IMG/VR virus record: IMGVR_UViG_3300036985_003045
DNA: 64,000 nucleotides
Direction: 5' to 3' (one strand)
DNA from: a virus
Lineage: Duplodnaviria; Caudoviricetes
The notes under the pieces: generated by a model
The model's database searches: none
What the model was told of the DNA's origin: nothing
The model's input: only the letters and a program-made list of their open reading frames with translations
Part shown: positions 47,085-56,608 of the stretch, piece by piece
Numbering within the stretch: position 1 is the first letter of the stretch
How the letters are laid out: every line of letters begins with the position of its first letter
Translations under genes and position numbers: made by a program

Positions 47085-48488
47085 TTACATTAAGTTAGTA
47101 ACTTTAACGATTCTGTAATAGTAATTTTTACGTGCTGTCATTGAATTGTCAGCATTTGAAGTAGCAGACATTGAAGCGTCATCAATATCAACCATTGGGT
47201 TAGCAACCATACCGTAACGAGTTTTAAAACCAATTTTAGGTTGGAAAGTTTGTGGATCAACCGCACGAACCATTTGCAATGGAACATATGGGCAATAGAA
47301 CAAACCTGCATCAAATGCAGAAGTACCTTTATAACCTACAGTAAAGAATTGTAGACCTGCACCAGAAGGATTGTTACCACCTGTGTAAGGATCAACATAA
47401 ACTTTATATTTGCCGTTTAAGATACCAGCAAAAGTAGTAGATGCTTCATCAACATTCAAACCAGTAGAAAGAGCAGGAGCATAATCTAATACACCAGCCA
47501 TTGCTAAAGCAGAAGCAACATCTGAAGAACAGATGATGAAGTTACCACGTCCACGACGTGTTTGTTGAGCGATAGCGTTAGCTTCTCTTTCAATTTGGAA
47601 CAACAAACCTTTGAATTTTTCAACTGACCAACGACCATTAGAGTCAACGTCAAGATCAAAAATACCAGCAGTAGCAGTACCAACAGCAGCACCTTGTTTA
47701 GCAACAGTGTAGATAGTACGAATTACTTCACGGTTGATTTCAGCAAGAATTTCAGTAGAAAGAATTTTGCTCAATTCGCCTTCAGCGTCAAGACCATGAA
47801 CTGATTTCAAGTCTTGTGCTAATTCGATAGAGTATTCAGCTTTCAATGCACGAGTTTTAGCAACAACTGAAGTTTTTTCAATTGAGAATGCCATTTCAGG
47901 AAATGCTTCACCTGAAGTAGAACCTAAAATTTCAGCATTAGCAGTAGACAAACCTAAACCAGTTTGGTATGTACCAGTTGATAAACCAGTAGCGCCGGTA
48001 GGATCAGTACCAGTAGCGCCTGAAGTACCAGTAAAGCTAGTGTTAGCTTCGTTAAACAATGCTTCTGTTCCACTTGGACTAGTGTAACGAGATTTCATTG
48101 CAAAAATCAAACCAGTTGGTTGAGTCATTGGTTGAACACCAGCAACATCATATGCAATCAACTGAGGCATAGCACGACGTACTAAGTTAATCAACACAGG
48201 ATCAAAACCAGCTACACCACCAGTACCAGCAGCGCCAGCATTGTATGTACCAGTACCAGTAGTATTGACACCATAGTTGCCACCACCACCAATGTTAGTA
48301 GAAACTCCGCCTGTACCAGCTTCGAAAAGCATACCGTTAGCTTGGCTAGCAGCATTCATTTCACGTTGTTGGTTTTCTAGGATAACTGCTAAGTCACCAC
48401 GACGAGTATAGTCTTTAATTGCAGGAGCGCCATCAGCGTCAATTACAGGAGCCCATTTTTCTAAAAGGGCAGAACGATTTAATTCCAT
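47085..48488 (-). CDS. gp23: Major capsid protein
   Basis: LVRRAMPQLIAYDVAGVQPM, RALKAEYSIELAQDLK, FQPKIGFKTRYG. Confidence 0.98.
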   Translation of the reverse strand: MELNRSALLEKWAPVIDADGAPAIKDYTRRGDLAVILENQQREMNAASQANGMLFEAGTGGVSTNIGGGGNYGVNTTGTGTYNAGAAGTGGVAGFDPVLINLVRRAMPQLIAYDVAGVQPMTQPTGLIFAMKSRYTSPSGTEALFNEANTSFTGTSGATGTDPTGATGLSTGTYQTGLGLSTANAEILGSTSGEAFPEMAFSIEKTSVVAKTRALKAEYSIELAQDLKSVHGLDAEGELSKILSTEILAEINREVIRTIYTVAKQGAAVGTATAGIFDLDVDSNGRWSVEKFKGLLFQIEREANAIAQQTRRGRGNFIICSSDVASALAMAGVLDYAPALSTGLNVDEASTTFAGILNGKYKVYVDPYTGGNNPSGAGLQFFTVGYKGTSAFDAGLFYCPYVPLQMVRAVDPQTFQPKIGFKTRYGMVANPMVDIDDASMSATSNADNSMTARKNYYYRIVKVTNLM

Positions 48489-48514
48489 CTTAAGTTTCCT
48501 TATTTTTATTAAAA

Positions 48515-49615
48515 TTATTGGTTATATTGTTGTAATGCTTTAGCATACGCAGCAACAGTAGGATCAACATTAACATATTTGTTTTCTTTGATTTCATCTA
48601 CTGGAGAATCAGTAACAAAAGATTCTACCAAAGCGCTTTGTTTGCCTGTGAAATAGTTTTCACGAATTGTTTGTACTTTTACTTTAAATGTATCTTCAGC
48701 ATCATAAGATAATTCTTCTACTAATGCAATAAATTTTTCAGTTTCTGTATCAGTCAAACCTTCGCTAACCATACTTACAATTTCTTTACGAACTGATTCA
48801 GAAAGTGATTTCTTCAAATCAATATTTCTTTCAACTTGTTCATTTAACTTAGACTCTAGTACATCAATCTTAGTTTCCATTTCACCGATAACGTCGTACT
48901 TTTCTTCAGGAACATCAATATAATGTTCTTCAAAAAGGCCTTTCATACCAGTAATAAAGGATTCCATGATGTCAGACTTAAGTCCATTTTCAAGGGCTAT
49001 TTCATTCTGTTCTATCCACTGCTCAACAACATAGTCGAGGTAACCATCAATTTTTTCAACCAGACCCTCAGTAATTGAATCTACTTGCTCAGCAAGTTTT
49101 TCTTCAAATTCTTCTTCTAAACGTGCAACTTCTTCTTTAACACGTACAACCACAGCAGACTCGAAAATAGTCGCTGCTTTTACTCTAAACTCTTCAGATA
49201 AAGATTCACCAAACATTAAAGCATCTACATCGGCAGAAACGTCAACTTGGACATCAAATTCTTCTTTAGTTAGTTTGTCAGTTGCTTTAGAGATGCCTTT
49301 TTGTCTTTTGTCTATCTTTCTTCCATGATATGCTGCATTAGCAATATCACTCTTTTCTAAAGAACCTACCATATTAATTCCATGAGAAGCAAGTTTGCCA
49401 GATGCTTTCTTAACATAAGAACCTAAAGTCGCTTTTGATAATTCAAACAGTGCTTGTTCATCTTCATCTAAAGAATCAAATTCTTCTTCAGTGATGAAAT
49501 CTTCATCTAATTCTTCAGTGATGAAATCTTCATCTAATTCTTCTTCGTTTTCTAAAACTAATCCTGCCAATTTGGATTCTTCCATAATCTCAGCGATTTT
49601 GCTATCAATAGACAT
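48515..49615 (-). CDS. gp22: Prohead core scaffold
   Basis: LSEEFR.KAATIFESAV, YLDYVVEQW. Contains an inserted ELSKATLGSYVKKA module. Confidence 0.9.
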   Translation of the reverse strand: MSIDSKIAEIMEESKLAGLVLENEEELDEDFITEELDEDFITEEEFDSLDEDEQALFELSKATLGSYVKKASGKLASHGINMVGSLEKSDIANAAYHGRKIDKRQKGISKATDKLTKEEFDVQVDVSADVDALMFGESLSEEFRVKAATIFESAVVVRVKEEVARLEEEFEEKLAEQVDSITEGLVEKIDGYLDYVVEQWIEQNEIALENGLKSDIMESFITGMKGLFEEHYIDVPEEKYDVIGEMETKIDVLESKLNEQVERNIDLKKSLSESVRKEIVSMVSEGLTDTETEKFIALVEELSYDAEDTFKVKVQTIRENYFTGKQSALVESFVTDSPVDEIKENKYVNVDPTVAAYAKALQQYNQ

Positions 49616-49645
49616 TTATATACTCCTAATTTTGATATATCTTAT

Positions 49646-49653
49646 TATTTATA
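49646..49653 (-). promoter_or_regulatory. Late promoter TATAAATA
   Basis: Exact consensus upstream of gp22. Confidence 0.75.
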
Positions 49654-49665
49654 AAAATTAAACTT

Positions 49666-50316
49666 TTACTTAATGTTACGTAAAAAGTGTTGAAAGGCAA
49701 GTATTTTTTGCTCTTCTAAATTAATTGATGTTGCTTTTGTTATTGTTCTTCTAGCTTCATCAACATGTTTCTCAAACTTTCCATCAACATAAACCCAAGA
49801 TGCACCTTCCATGATTCCTTGAACCCAAGCATCTGGAGCAGATGGATCACTTACTAAATCGCCTGCAGTACTTAACATAAAATCATTTTGTACTACATTA
49901 ACACCTTCATTGTTCATTTTTAATGAACCTAAAGCGCGACTTGACGTACCAATTCTTCCACCACCTTTAAGAATACCTTCGGCAATTCTGCCCATAGGAG
50001 TATCAAGAATCTTTGCCTTTCCAATCCAATTATTACCTTCTTTTCTTAAGTTAGTAATTAGATGTGAAATTCTGTCAAGATTAATTGAAGGCGATTCAGG
50101 ATGTCCTAATTCGCCAAATGCAGAATTCTTTTCTACTTTTTCTTTAATATATCGTTGAACTTCATTATCCATAATTGATTCTGGATACATTCTTCCATTA
50201 CGATTCTTGATATTTGATTGAAGAAATACTCCTTCTACATAAAGTTGTTTACCTTTACCCAGTTTTTCCTCTACAATCATATTTAATGATTCGTTAACTT
50301 CCCTAATTAGTTTCAT
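49666..50316 (-). CDS. gp21: Prohead protease
   Basis: KNRNGRMYP, GELGHP, SSRALGSL, DLVSDPSAPDA. Confidence 0.96.
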   Translation of the reverse strand: MKLIREVNESLNMIVEEKLGKGKQLYVEGVFLQSNIKNRNGRMYPESIMDNEVQRYIKEKVEKNSAFGELGHPESPSINLDRISHLITNLRKEGNNWIGKAKILDTPMGRIAEGILKGGGRIGTSSRALGSLKMNNEGVNVVQNDFMLSTAGDLVSDPSAPDAWVQGIMEGASWVYVDGKFEKHVDEARRTITKATSINLEEQKILAFQHFLRNIK

Positions 50317-50317
50317 A

Positions 50318-50992
50318 TTAACTTCCGTATACTAATTCGTTATCAAGAGCACCAAATTGAGTGGTCTCTATTTTGCCATAATAACCTGAATTCTTTCTAA
50401 CTTTAATCCAAATTTCGCCTTGGACTGCCGCAGCAAGTTTATCTACAATAGTAACACTGATAGGATATGTTGCATTGATATTATCAGGTGGGAAATAAGT
50501 ACCCATCATATCAATAAGGTTACCATTATCTGCAAGAGGAGTAACAATACGAATACCATTTCTATCTACTTTATATATAGCACCAGGTTCGCCTGCCCAT
50601 TGCACAGCAGTAATAGAAACAGATGGAGTACCAATTATAACTTGTGTAGCATATTGAATTTTATAAGTAGTACCTGCTATAGCTACAGCACCATTTGCAG
50701 ATAATACAGCATTAGTTGCATCAGTAACTGAAGTGATAAGACCAACATAAACACCGGCACTAGTATATACTTTAGCATTGACATGAACATTAGTATCAAA
50801 ACTTGTTCCTACACCAACAATTGATGTAGCACCTGTACCTATTGTTACAGTTCCTGCACCAACAATAATATTGGCATAAGGTAACAAATCTGTCGTTAAA
50901 TTTATTATAGATGCTGCAGTATCTGAACCTGCAATTTTAATAATTGCCTCAGTTTCTGATGCTTTAATAATGGTTTTTGTTAATGCTGCCAT
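50318..50992 (-). CDS. Putative virion structural protein
   Basis: 224-aa beta-rich ORF in the head cluster; shares a module with gp18. Confidence 0.6.
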   Translation of the reverse strand: MAALTKTIIKASETEAIIKIAGSDTAASIINLTTDLLPYANIIVGAGTVTIGTGATSIVGVGTSFDTNVHVNAKVYTSAGVYVGLITSVTDATNAVLSANGAVAIAGTTYKIQYATQVIIGTPSVSITAVQWAGEPGAIYKVDRNGIRIVTPLADNGNLIDMMGTYFPPDNINATYPISVTIVDKLAAAVQGEIWIKVRKNSGYYGKIETTQFGALDNELVYGS

Positions 50993-50994
50993 CT

Positions 50995-51552
50995 TTATTC
51001 CTTAATGATTACATCGAGTATTTTTAGGAAGTTATCCGAACTTTCTTTCATGAACTCGACAACCTCTACTTTATTTTCTAGTAAGTTATTTATATCTTGT
51101 TGGGTTTGAATATCTATTGCAATAACTGATTCATCTTCTAGAATGTAATGTATTTTACCATTAATAATAGAATCAAATTCATTCATTTCACGAATATTAG
51201 AAACAACTGGATCAATAGAAAAGGATTTGTCAGAAGCTATTTTAATATACTGTTCGACTATTTTATTCGTGACTTTGATATTATGTTCTTCTTTAATTAT
51301 GTCGGCAATTTTTAATATATTTTCAGAAAAGAATTCTTCATGTAAATTATTGATAATATCTTTTGCTTGCTCTGAATATTTAATATAATTTTTTGCTTCT
51401 GACAAATTTTTAAATTGAGTTACTTCATTATTAATTAGTATATTATTATCATTAGTTCTCTGAATAGTATTACCAAAGTAATGGGCACACTCCTGTATAC
51501 CCATACCTGATACCGTTTCTTTTAACTTTTTAGAAAACTGTGAATAATACAT
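50995..51552 (-). CDS. Prohead core protein gp68-like
   Basis: Position, and C-terminal LEDESVIAID...FMKESSDNFLK pattern. Confidence 0.55.
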   Translation of the reverse strand: MYYSQFSKKLKETVSGMGIQECAHYFGNTIQRTNDNNILINNEVTQFKNLSEAKNYIKYSEQAKDIINNLHEEFFSENILKIADIIKEEHNIKVTNKIVEQYIKIASDKSFSIDPVVSNIREMNEFDSIINGKIHYILEDESVIAIDIQTQQDINNLLENKVEVVEFMKESSDNFLKILDVIIKE

Positions 51553-52394
51553 TAGTCTTTAGTCATTTTGTCGACTGCTTTACCAATACCTTTTTCGCGT
51601 TTAGAAGCAATTTGACCAGATTTTGACCATTTTTCGCCTTTACCTAGAGCTTCACCACTAATAATAGCATTTGTAGTGGCTTTCTTTACATAAGAACCTA
51701 GAGTCTTTTTAGACAATTCGTCTAGTTGTTCAAACTCTTCTGACATCATAAAATCTTCTAGTTCTTCAATTGAATAATCTTCAAGAGCGAATTCTTCTTT
51801 AGTCAATTTACCAATTGCTGTAGCAACACCTGCTTTTCTATTTTTTTCTTTTCTCATTGTCTTTTCATCACGAGAATAAGCAAACGCATCAGCATCGCCA
51901 CGACCTGATTTGAAATTAGAAGCTGCAGTATGTTTCATCAATTGATCATGAGCTTTATTTACATAAGAGCCTAGAGTCTTTTTGCTTATCTCATCAAGTT
52001 GTTCAAAGTCTTCAGACATCATAAAATCTTCTAGTTCTTCAATTGAATAATCTTCTAGAGTAAGTTCTTCTAATTCAACTTCTTCTCTAGTTAATTTTTT
52101 CTTTGCTTTTGCTTTTTCTTGATCGATAAAACTTTGAGTAGTTCCACCTTTAGCATGGTGTTTTATTAATTTATCTTTAAATTTTGGATGTTTAGGATCC
52201 CATGTTTCATATGCATCGCTTGAATCATATGATTCATCAACTGAACCAAACATACCTTGAGCAACATCAACTCTCATACTATCTAAACGGTCAGATATTT
52301 TACTAGCCATTACAGAGTTAAAACTATCTTCAATTGCTAACGTATCGCCTTCAGCAATTGATAACACTAAATCTCTAATTGATTCTTTCAACAT
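51552..52394 (-). CDS. Prohead core protein gp67-like with appended repeat modules
   Basis: N-terminus (GD...F...M..KI..RL..MR.DVAQ.MF) plus two E[IL]SKKTLGSYV.KA modules; 41-nt identical repeat at 51742-51782 and 52015-52055. Confidence 0.7.
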   Translation of the reverse strand: MLKESIRDLVLSIAEGDTLAIEDSFNSVMASKISDRLDSMRVDVAQGMFGSVDESYDSSDAYETWDPKHPKFKDKLIKHHAKGGTTQSFIDQEKAKAKKKLTREEVELEELTLEDYSIEELEDFMMSEDFEQLDEISKKTLGSYVNKAHDQLMKHTAASNFKSGRGDADAFAYSRDEKTMRKEKNRKAGVATAIGKLTKEEFALEDYSIEELEDFMMSEEFEQLDELSKKTLGSYVKKATTNAIISGEALGKGEKWSKSGQIASKREKGIGKAVDKMTKD

Positions 52395-52409
52395 TATTGG
52401 TATCCTTAA

Positions 52410-53897
52410 TTATTGGGCACTTTGTGCGTCTTCTGGTACAGGTGGAGGATTTGCTTTATTTTGAGCAGAAATTTCTTTTATATCTTCATCAGATTGCATT
52501 AATACATTCTTCTGAATCCATTCAATACTATAATATTTGCCTACATACAAATCAATTTGCTGTAGAGTTACAATACGTTGATTAAGAACTTCACTTTCTT
52601 TTAATTCTGAAAAGTAATTATCTTTTTGGAAATCAAAATGAATACTTTGTTTCATATCGAACCATTCATCATCTCGAATGATACCTTTAGAAATCAATTG
52701 TATTCTCAATGCATCTACAAGTAGATTAGAAAACTTTTTACGTAATCGTGTAACAAATTTATTAAACTTAACTTCTTCACGAGTAATTTCAGTAGAACGA
52801 CCTATACTAAAACCTTGAGAAGGTTGTAATCTTCCTAAAGGAACATTCAAAGCTTGATATAATTTACTTTGAAAGTATTGTACATCTTCTATTTGACCTA
52901 GAGTTTGTCCGCCTGGTAAAGTAGTGATTTCTGTACCCTTGCCGCCTTCTCTTCTTGGCATCCAGAAATCTTCCATCATAGACAAATGTTTACGATCATC
53001 TCTTGTTTCACCAGTAGTAGCATCATAAACAATTTTATTACGAAACTTATTCATAATATCATTTACATACTGTTCTGCTTTTAACTTAGGTAAGTTACCC
53101 ACATCAATATAGAATATACGTCTTTCAGGTGCTCTAGATATCCGATATATTACTACAGCATCTTCAATCATTTTTAACTGATTGGTAGGTTTAACTGCTT
53201 TATGTAGATGACCTAAAGTCATCCCTGAATTAGGATCTATTAAACCGCTCGGGCAATAGATAACTGAATCAAGAGATAGTTTAACACCTTGTGATGTTTG
53301 CTCACTAATTCCTTTATCATTATAGATGTAAAATTCATCTATAGATTTAACAACATCAATACCTTTTTCATTACGTTGTTTCATTACGTTCTTGATCTTT
53401 CTTATTTTTCTTGGATCAATTTTACGTAATTCTGTAATACCTTTTTTGATATTAGCAGGATCAATTAATACTTGATAGTATACTCTACCATCTATGTACC
53501 ATTGACGGAAAATGTCTGGACCGAATTCTTCGAAATCAAATAGTTTTAATACTTCTTCGAATTCATCGGTGATTTTTTTCTTAATACCATCTGAAACTTT
53601 TAAATTATCCAGATTAAGTTCAATAGATTTATCATCTTCAGTTATAATTGATTCATTAACAATATCTGTTATAGCAGAATCACAATCAGAATATTGAGCA
53701 ACTTCTCGGTATCGACGGATAAGATCATTTTCATTCTTGACAATAGAATCCATATCAAGAACAAGACCATAATAATTCGCAGCACCTGATGCTGTTGTTA
53801 TTACAGTACTACCGTCTTCCGAACTTGGTGGAACTACACTAAGCGGATTTTCCTTGACGGATTTCTTCTTACCCAACTCGATACCAAAAATTTGCAT
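52410..53897 (-). CDS. gp20: Portal protein
   Basis: WYIDGRVYY, IYRISRAPERRIFYIDVGNLPK, EDFWMPRREGGKGTEITTLPGG. Confidence 0.97.
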   Translation of the reverse strand: MQIFGIELGKKKSVKENPLSVVPPSSEDGSTVITTASGAANYYGLVLDMDSIVKNENDLIRRYREVAQYSDCDSAITDIVNESIITEDDKSIELNLDNLKVSDGIKKKITDEFEEVLKLFDFEEFGPDIFRQWYIDGRVYYQVLIDPANIKKGITELRKIDPRKIRKIKNVMKQRNEKGIDVVKSIDEFYIYNDKGISEQTSQGVKLSLDSVIYCPSGLIDPNSGMTLGHLHKAVKPTNQLKMIEDAVVIYRISRAPERRIFYIDVGNLPKLKAEQYVNDIMNKFRNKIVYDATTGETRDDRKHLSMMEDFWMPRREGGKGTEITTLPGGQTLGQIEDVQYFQSKLYQALNVPLGRLQPSQGFSIGRSTEITREEVKFNKFVTRLRKKFSNLLVDALRIQLISKGIIRDDEWFDMKQSIHFDFQKDNYFSELKESEVLNQRIVTLQQIDLYVGKYYSIEWIQKNVLMQSDEDIKEISAQNKANPPPVPEDAQSAQ

Positions 53898-53927
53898 ATT
53901 TTATCTCAAAATTATAATGAAAAATGA

Positions 53928-54530
53928 TTAGAAACTAAATGGAATTGTTCCAACTGGAGTATCAATTGATATGTTAGTACCAAAAGAAGCACCATCAGTA
54001 TCTGTACCAGTATTTGATGTAAAGTAGTTATATGTAAATTCTACATCAAAAGTTTCAAGTTGGTTTATTACATCAAAGTCTAATTGAATAGGACTAATAG
54101 TTGTTGGATATGCATCAGCAAATTTATATACTTTTAAAGTAGCACCATTACGATCTAATTGATGAACTTCTAAATCAACTTGATAATCAGAAGGATTTGT
54201 TTTACCTTCAGTAGCTGCATATCTTTGAATACCTGACTGCCAAGATTCAAATGCATTACGTAAACCAAATGTTGTATCATTAATAAGTGTTACAGTCCAT
54301 GGTTGGAAAGTACGTTCTCCTGCAATATTAACAACTCTACCTCTGTACGGAACTTCTACATTAGTTATAGTAGATCCAGGAAGTTGAGCTGCTTTACATA
54401 AGAATTGTGCTCTTGATCCTTCAAATGCGCCGGCTGACACATAAGCCGGAAAATTTAAATATGCTCTAAATTGATTGGCTCTTGCTCCGCCTCCAATCAA
54501 CTGAGATTTAAAATCTGATATATTTGCCAT
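53928..54530 (-). CDS. gp19: Tail tube protein
   Basis: GGGARANQF, LCKAAQLPGS, AGERTFQPWTVT. Confidence 0.95.
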   Translation of the reverse strand: MANISDFKSQLIGGGARANQFRAYLNFPAYVSAGAFEGSRAQFLCKAAQLPGSTITNVEVPYRGRVVNIAGERTFQPWTVTLINDTTFGLRNAFESWQSGIQRYAATEGKTNPSDYQVDLEVHQLDRNGATLKVYKFADAYPTTISPIQLDFDVINQLETFDVEFTYNYFTSNTGTDTDGASFGTNISIDTPVGTIPFSF

Positions 54531-54560
54531 TTTTTATTCCTTAGGTGTATGACTTTATAT

Positions 54561-54568
54561 TATTTATA
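54561..54568 (-). promoter_or_regulatory. Late promoter TATAAATA
   Basis: Exact consensus upstream of gp19; TGGGAGT/ACTCCCA hairpin at ~54577-54598 after gp18. Confidence 0.75.
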
Positions 54569-54606
54569 GTTAAAGCTGGGAGTGTATTTCAACTCCCAAA
54601 TACTAA

Positions 54607-56529
54607 TTAACCGCCAATTTCAGAGAAACTAATACCACTTCTTACTGCTATAAAGTTTAAAGTAATATAGTTAATTGATCGTGCAGGTTTAACATAAATA
54701 TCGCCTACAAATTCATTACGATCAATTACTTCACCGGTATTATTAGTATCATCACAAATTACTCTAAAATCAATAACACCACGACGACCTTTAACATCTC
54801 TCAAAAATGGTTCAACAATATTTTTGAATTGAGCTCTTGTAAATGCATCATTAAATTCGAATAATTGATATTTAGATGCAGTAGCAATTGCTTTTTCAAG
54901 AACAATAAACAATCTACGAACATTGATACGATCAAATGCAGATGGTTTTGCCAATAATGTTTTATCACCAAATAATACAGTGCCTTGTCCAGGAAATGTA
55001 ACTACTGGATTAACGCCATTTTTATATACAGAATCTCTATCTATTTTAGATAAATTAGCGGCAAGTTTAACAACATTTTTAACTTGACCTCTATTATAAC
55101 CTGCAGGAGACCACCAAGCATCATTAGTATAATCAGTACGTGCAGTCATACCGGCGATATCACCATTTAGTGGTACCCAACGATATTTATCATTATAACG
55201 ATCATATTGATACTTATAACCAGAATCCATAATACCATAAGAAGATGATGTTAATCCATTTCTATAAGCATTAATTTTATCAGTCACAGTAGAACCTGAA
55301 CCAATAATAGCATCGCCGGTAGATATATCTTGTGGAGATACAAATACAACACAATCTTTACGAACTTCTGCAATATTTTGAATTACATAATTTGCAGTAA
55401 TAAAATTTGATTTACCTACTGGTATTAAGCTAATATCATATTGACTATCGTTTAAATATAATTCCCAAGATGTTACTGCATACGCGCCATCAGAATCAAC
55501 AAAGTCATCTAGAGCGCCTGAAAATGAATCATTCAAAGCTCCTTTTAAAGGAGCATATGAAGCACTTGCAACTACAGCAGTACCCCAAGCAGTACCTGTA
55601 CCGGAAATATTTGCAGTATGATCCATCCACCAAATATATTGTGAACGTGTATTAATTACTTCTTTATAATAGTTAATTGTACCATCATATTTTTTAGCAT
55701 CTGATACTTTTGAAACATAAGCAAATTTTTCTAGAATTGTACCTTTTATTCCAGAGAATACACCATCTTCATCAATAACAATAATATGTAATTCATCATA
55801 AAGAGCATTAGAATTAGCAACATAATCTGAAGTTCCAGGCGCAGAATCAAATTGAGCATTATATGCCCAGTCAGCTTTCAATGCAGTACCTGCAGGAACA
55901 GAAATTACGGATCCAGGAGCTTCTAAAGTTAATGAAGTATTAGATTCAATAGATTTAACAGTACCAATAATTACACCAGCATCTGTTTTAAGGATAGCTC
56001 CTACATGAAGTTCTGTAACAAACAGTGTACTTACACCAACAACAGTAGTTCCACCAATAGGAACAATACTTGAAGATGTAACACTAGACAAAACTAAATT
56101 TTTAAATGTTAGTCTATCCGCCATTGAAACTTTCAATGAATTACCTAAAATACCTGCATATTTTGCTGCCCATAAGCAGTCATATGTTGAGGTAACTAAA
56201 TCATCATAAGCATCTACATTTTTAATTTTAACAGCAGTACCACCGGTACTGACGGCATTAACTGAAGCAAGAGAATCAATTCTAGATATGTATAGACTGT
56301 TTGTATATGACAAAAAGTTTGCTGCAGTAAAAAATGATTCAAAAGTACTATCATTAGGTTTGCCAAATTGTTTTATTAATTCGACTTCTGATGATAATTG
56401 TACTGGGTATTCGATTGGACCCCACTGGAACTTACCTGCAAATGCTCCAGTAGATGATGAAACAGCTGGCACAATATTAGTAAAATCTTTCTCTACTATT
56501 GTAACTCCTGGCGATAGTGCATATGCCAT
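54607..56529 (-). CDS. gp18: Tail sheath protein
   Basis: SPGVTIVEKD, WWSPAGYNRG, FDRINVRRLF, KPARSINYI. Confidence 0.97.
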   Translation of the reverse strand: MAYALSPGVTIVEKDFTNIVPAVSSSTGAFAGKFQWGPIEYPVQLSSEVELIKQFGKPNDSTFESFFTAANFLSYTNSLYISRIDSLASVNAVSTGGTAVKIKNVDAYDDLVTSTYDCLWAAKYAGILGNSLKVSMADRLTFKNLVLSSVTSSSIVPIGGTTVVGVSTLFVTELHVGAILKTDAGVIIGTVKSIESNTSLTLEAPGSVISVPAGTALKADWAYNAQFDSAPGTSDYVANSNALYDELHIIVIDEDGVFSGIKGTILEKFAYVSKVSDAKKYDGTINYYKEVINTRSQYIWWMDHTANISGTGTAWGTAVVASASYAPLKGALNDSFSGALDDFVDSDGAYAVTSWELYLNDSQYDISLIPVGKSNFITANYVIQNIAEVRKDCVVFVSPQDISTGDAIIGSGSTVTDKINAYRNGLTSSSYGIMDSGYKYQYDRYNDKYRWVPLNGDIAGMTARTDYTNDAWWSPAGYNRGQVKNVVKLAANLSKIDRDSVYKNGVNPVVTFPGQGTVLFGDKTLLAKPSAFDRINVRRLFIVLEKAIATASKYQLFEFNDAFTRAQFKNIVEPFLRDVKGRRGVIDFRVICDDTNNTGEVIDRNEFVGDIYVKPARSINYITLNFIAVRSGISFSEIGG

Positions 56530-56588
56530 TTAAATTCTCCTAAGAAATAATATTCTGGGTATACGATGAATCATTTGATTCATTGTAT

Positions 56589-56596
56589 TATTTATA
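56589..56596 (-). promoter_or_regulatory. Late promoter TATAAATA
   Basis: Exact consensus upstream of gp18. Confidence 0.75.
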
Positions 56597-56608
56597 AAAA
56601 CTAGTATT

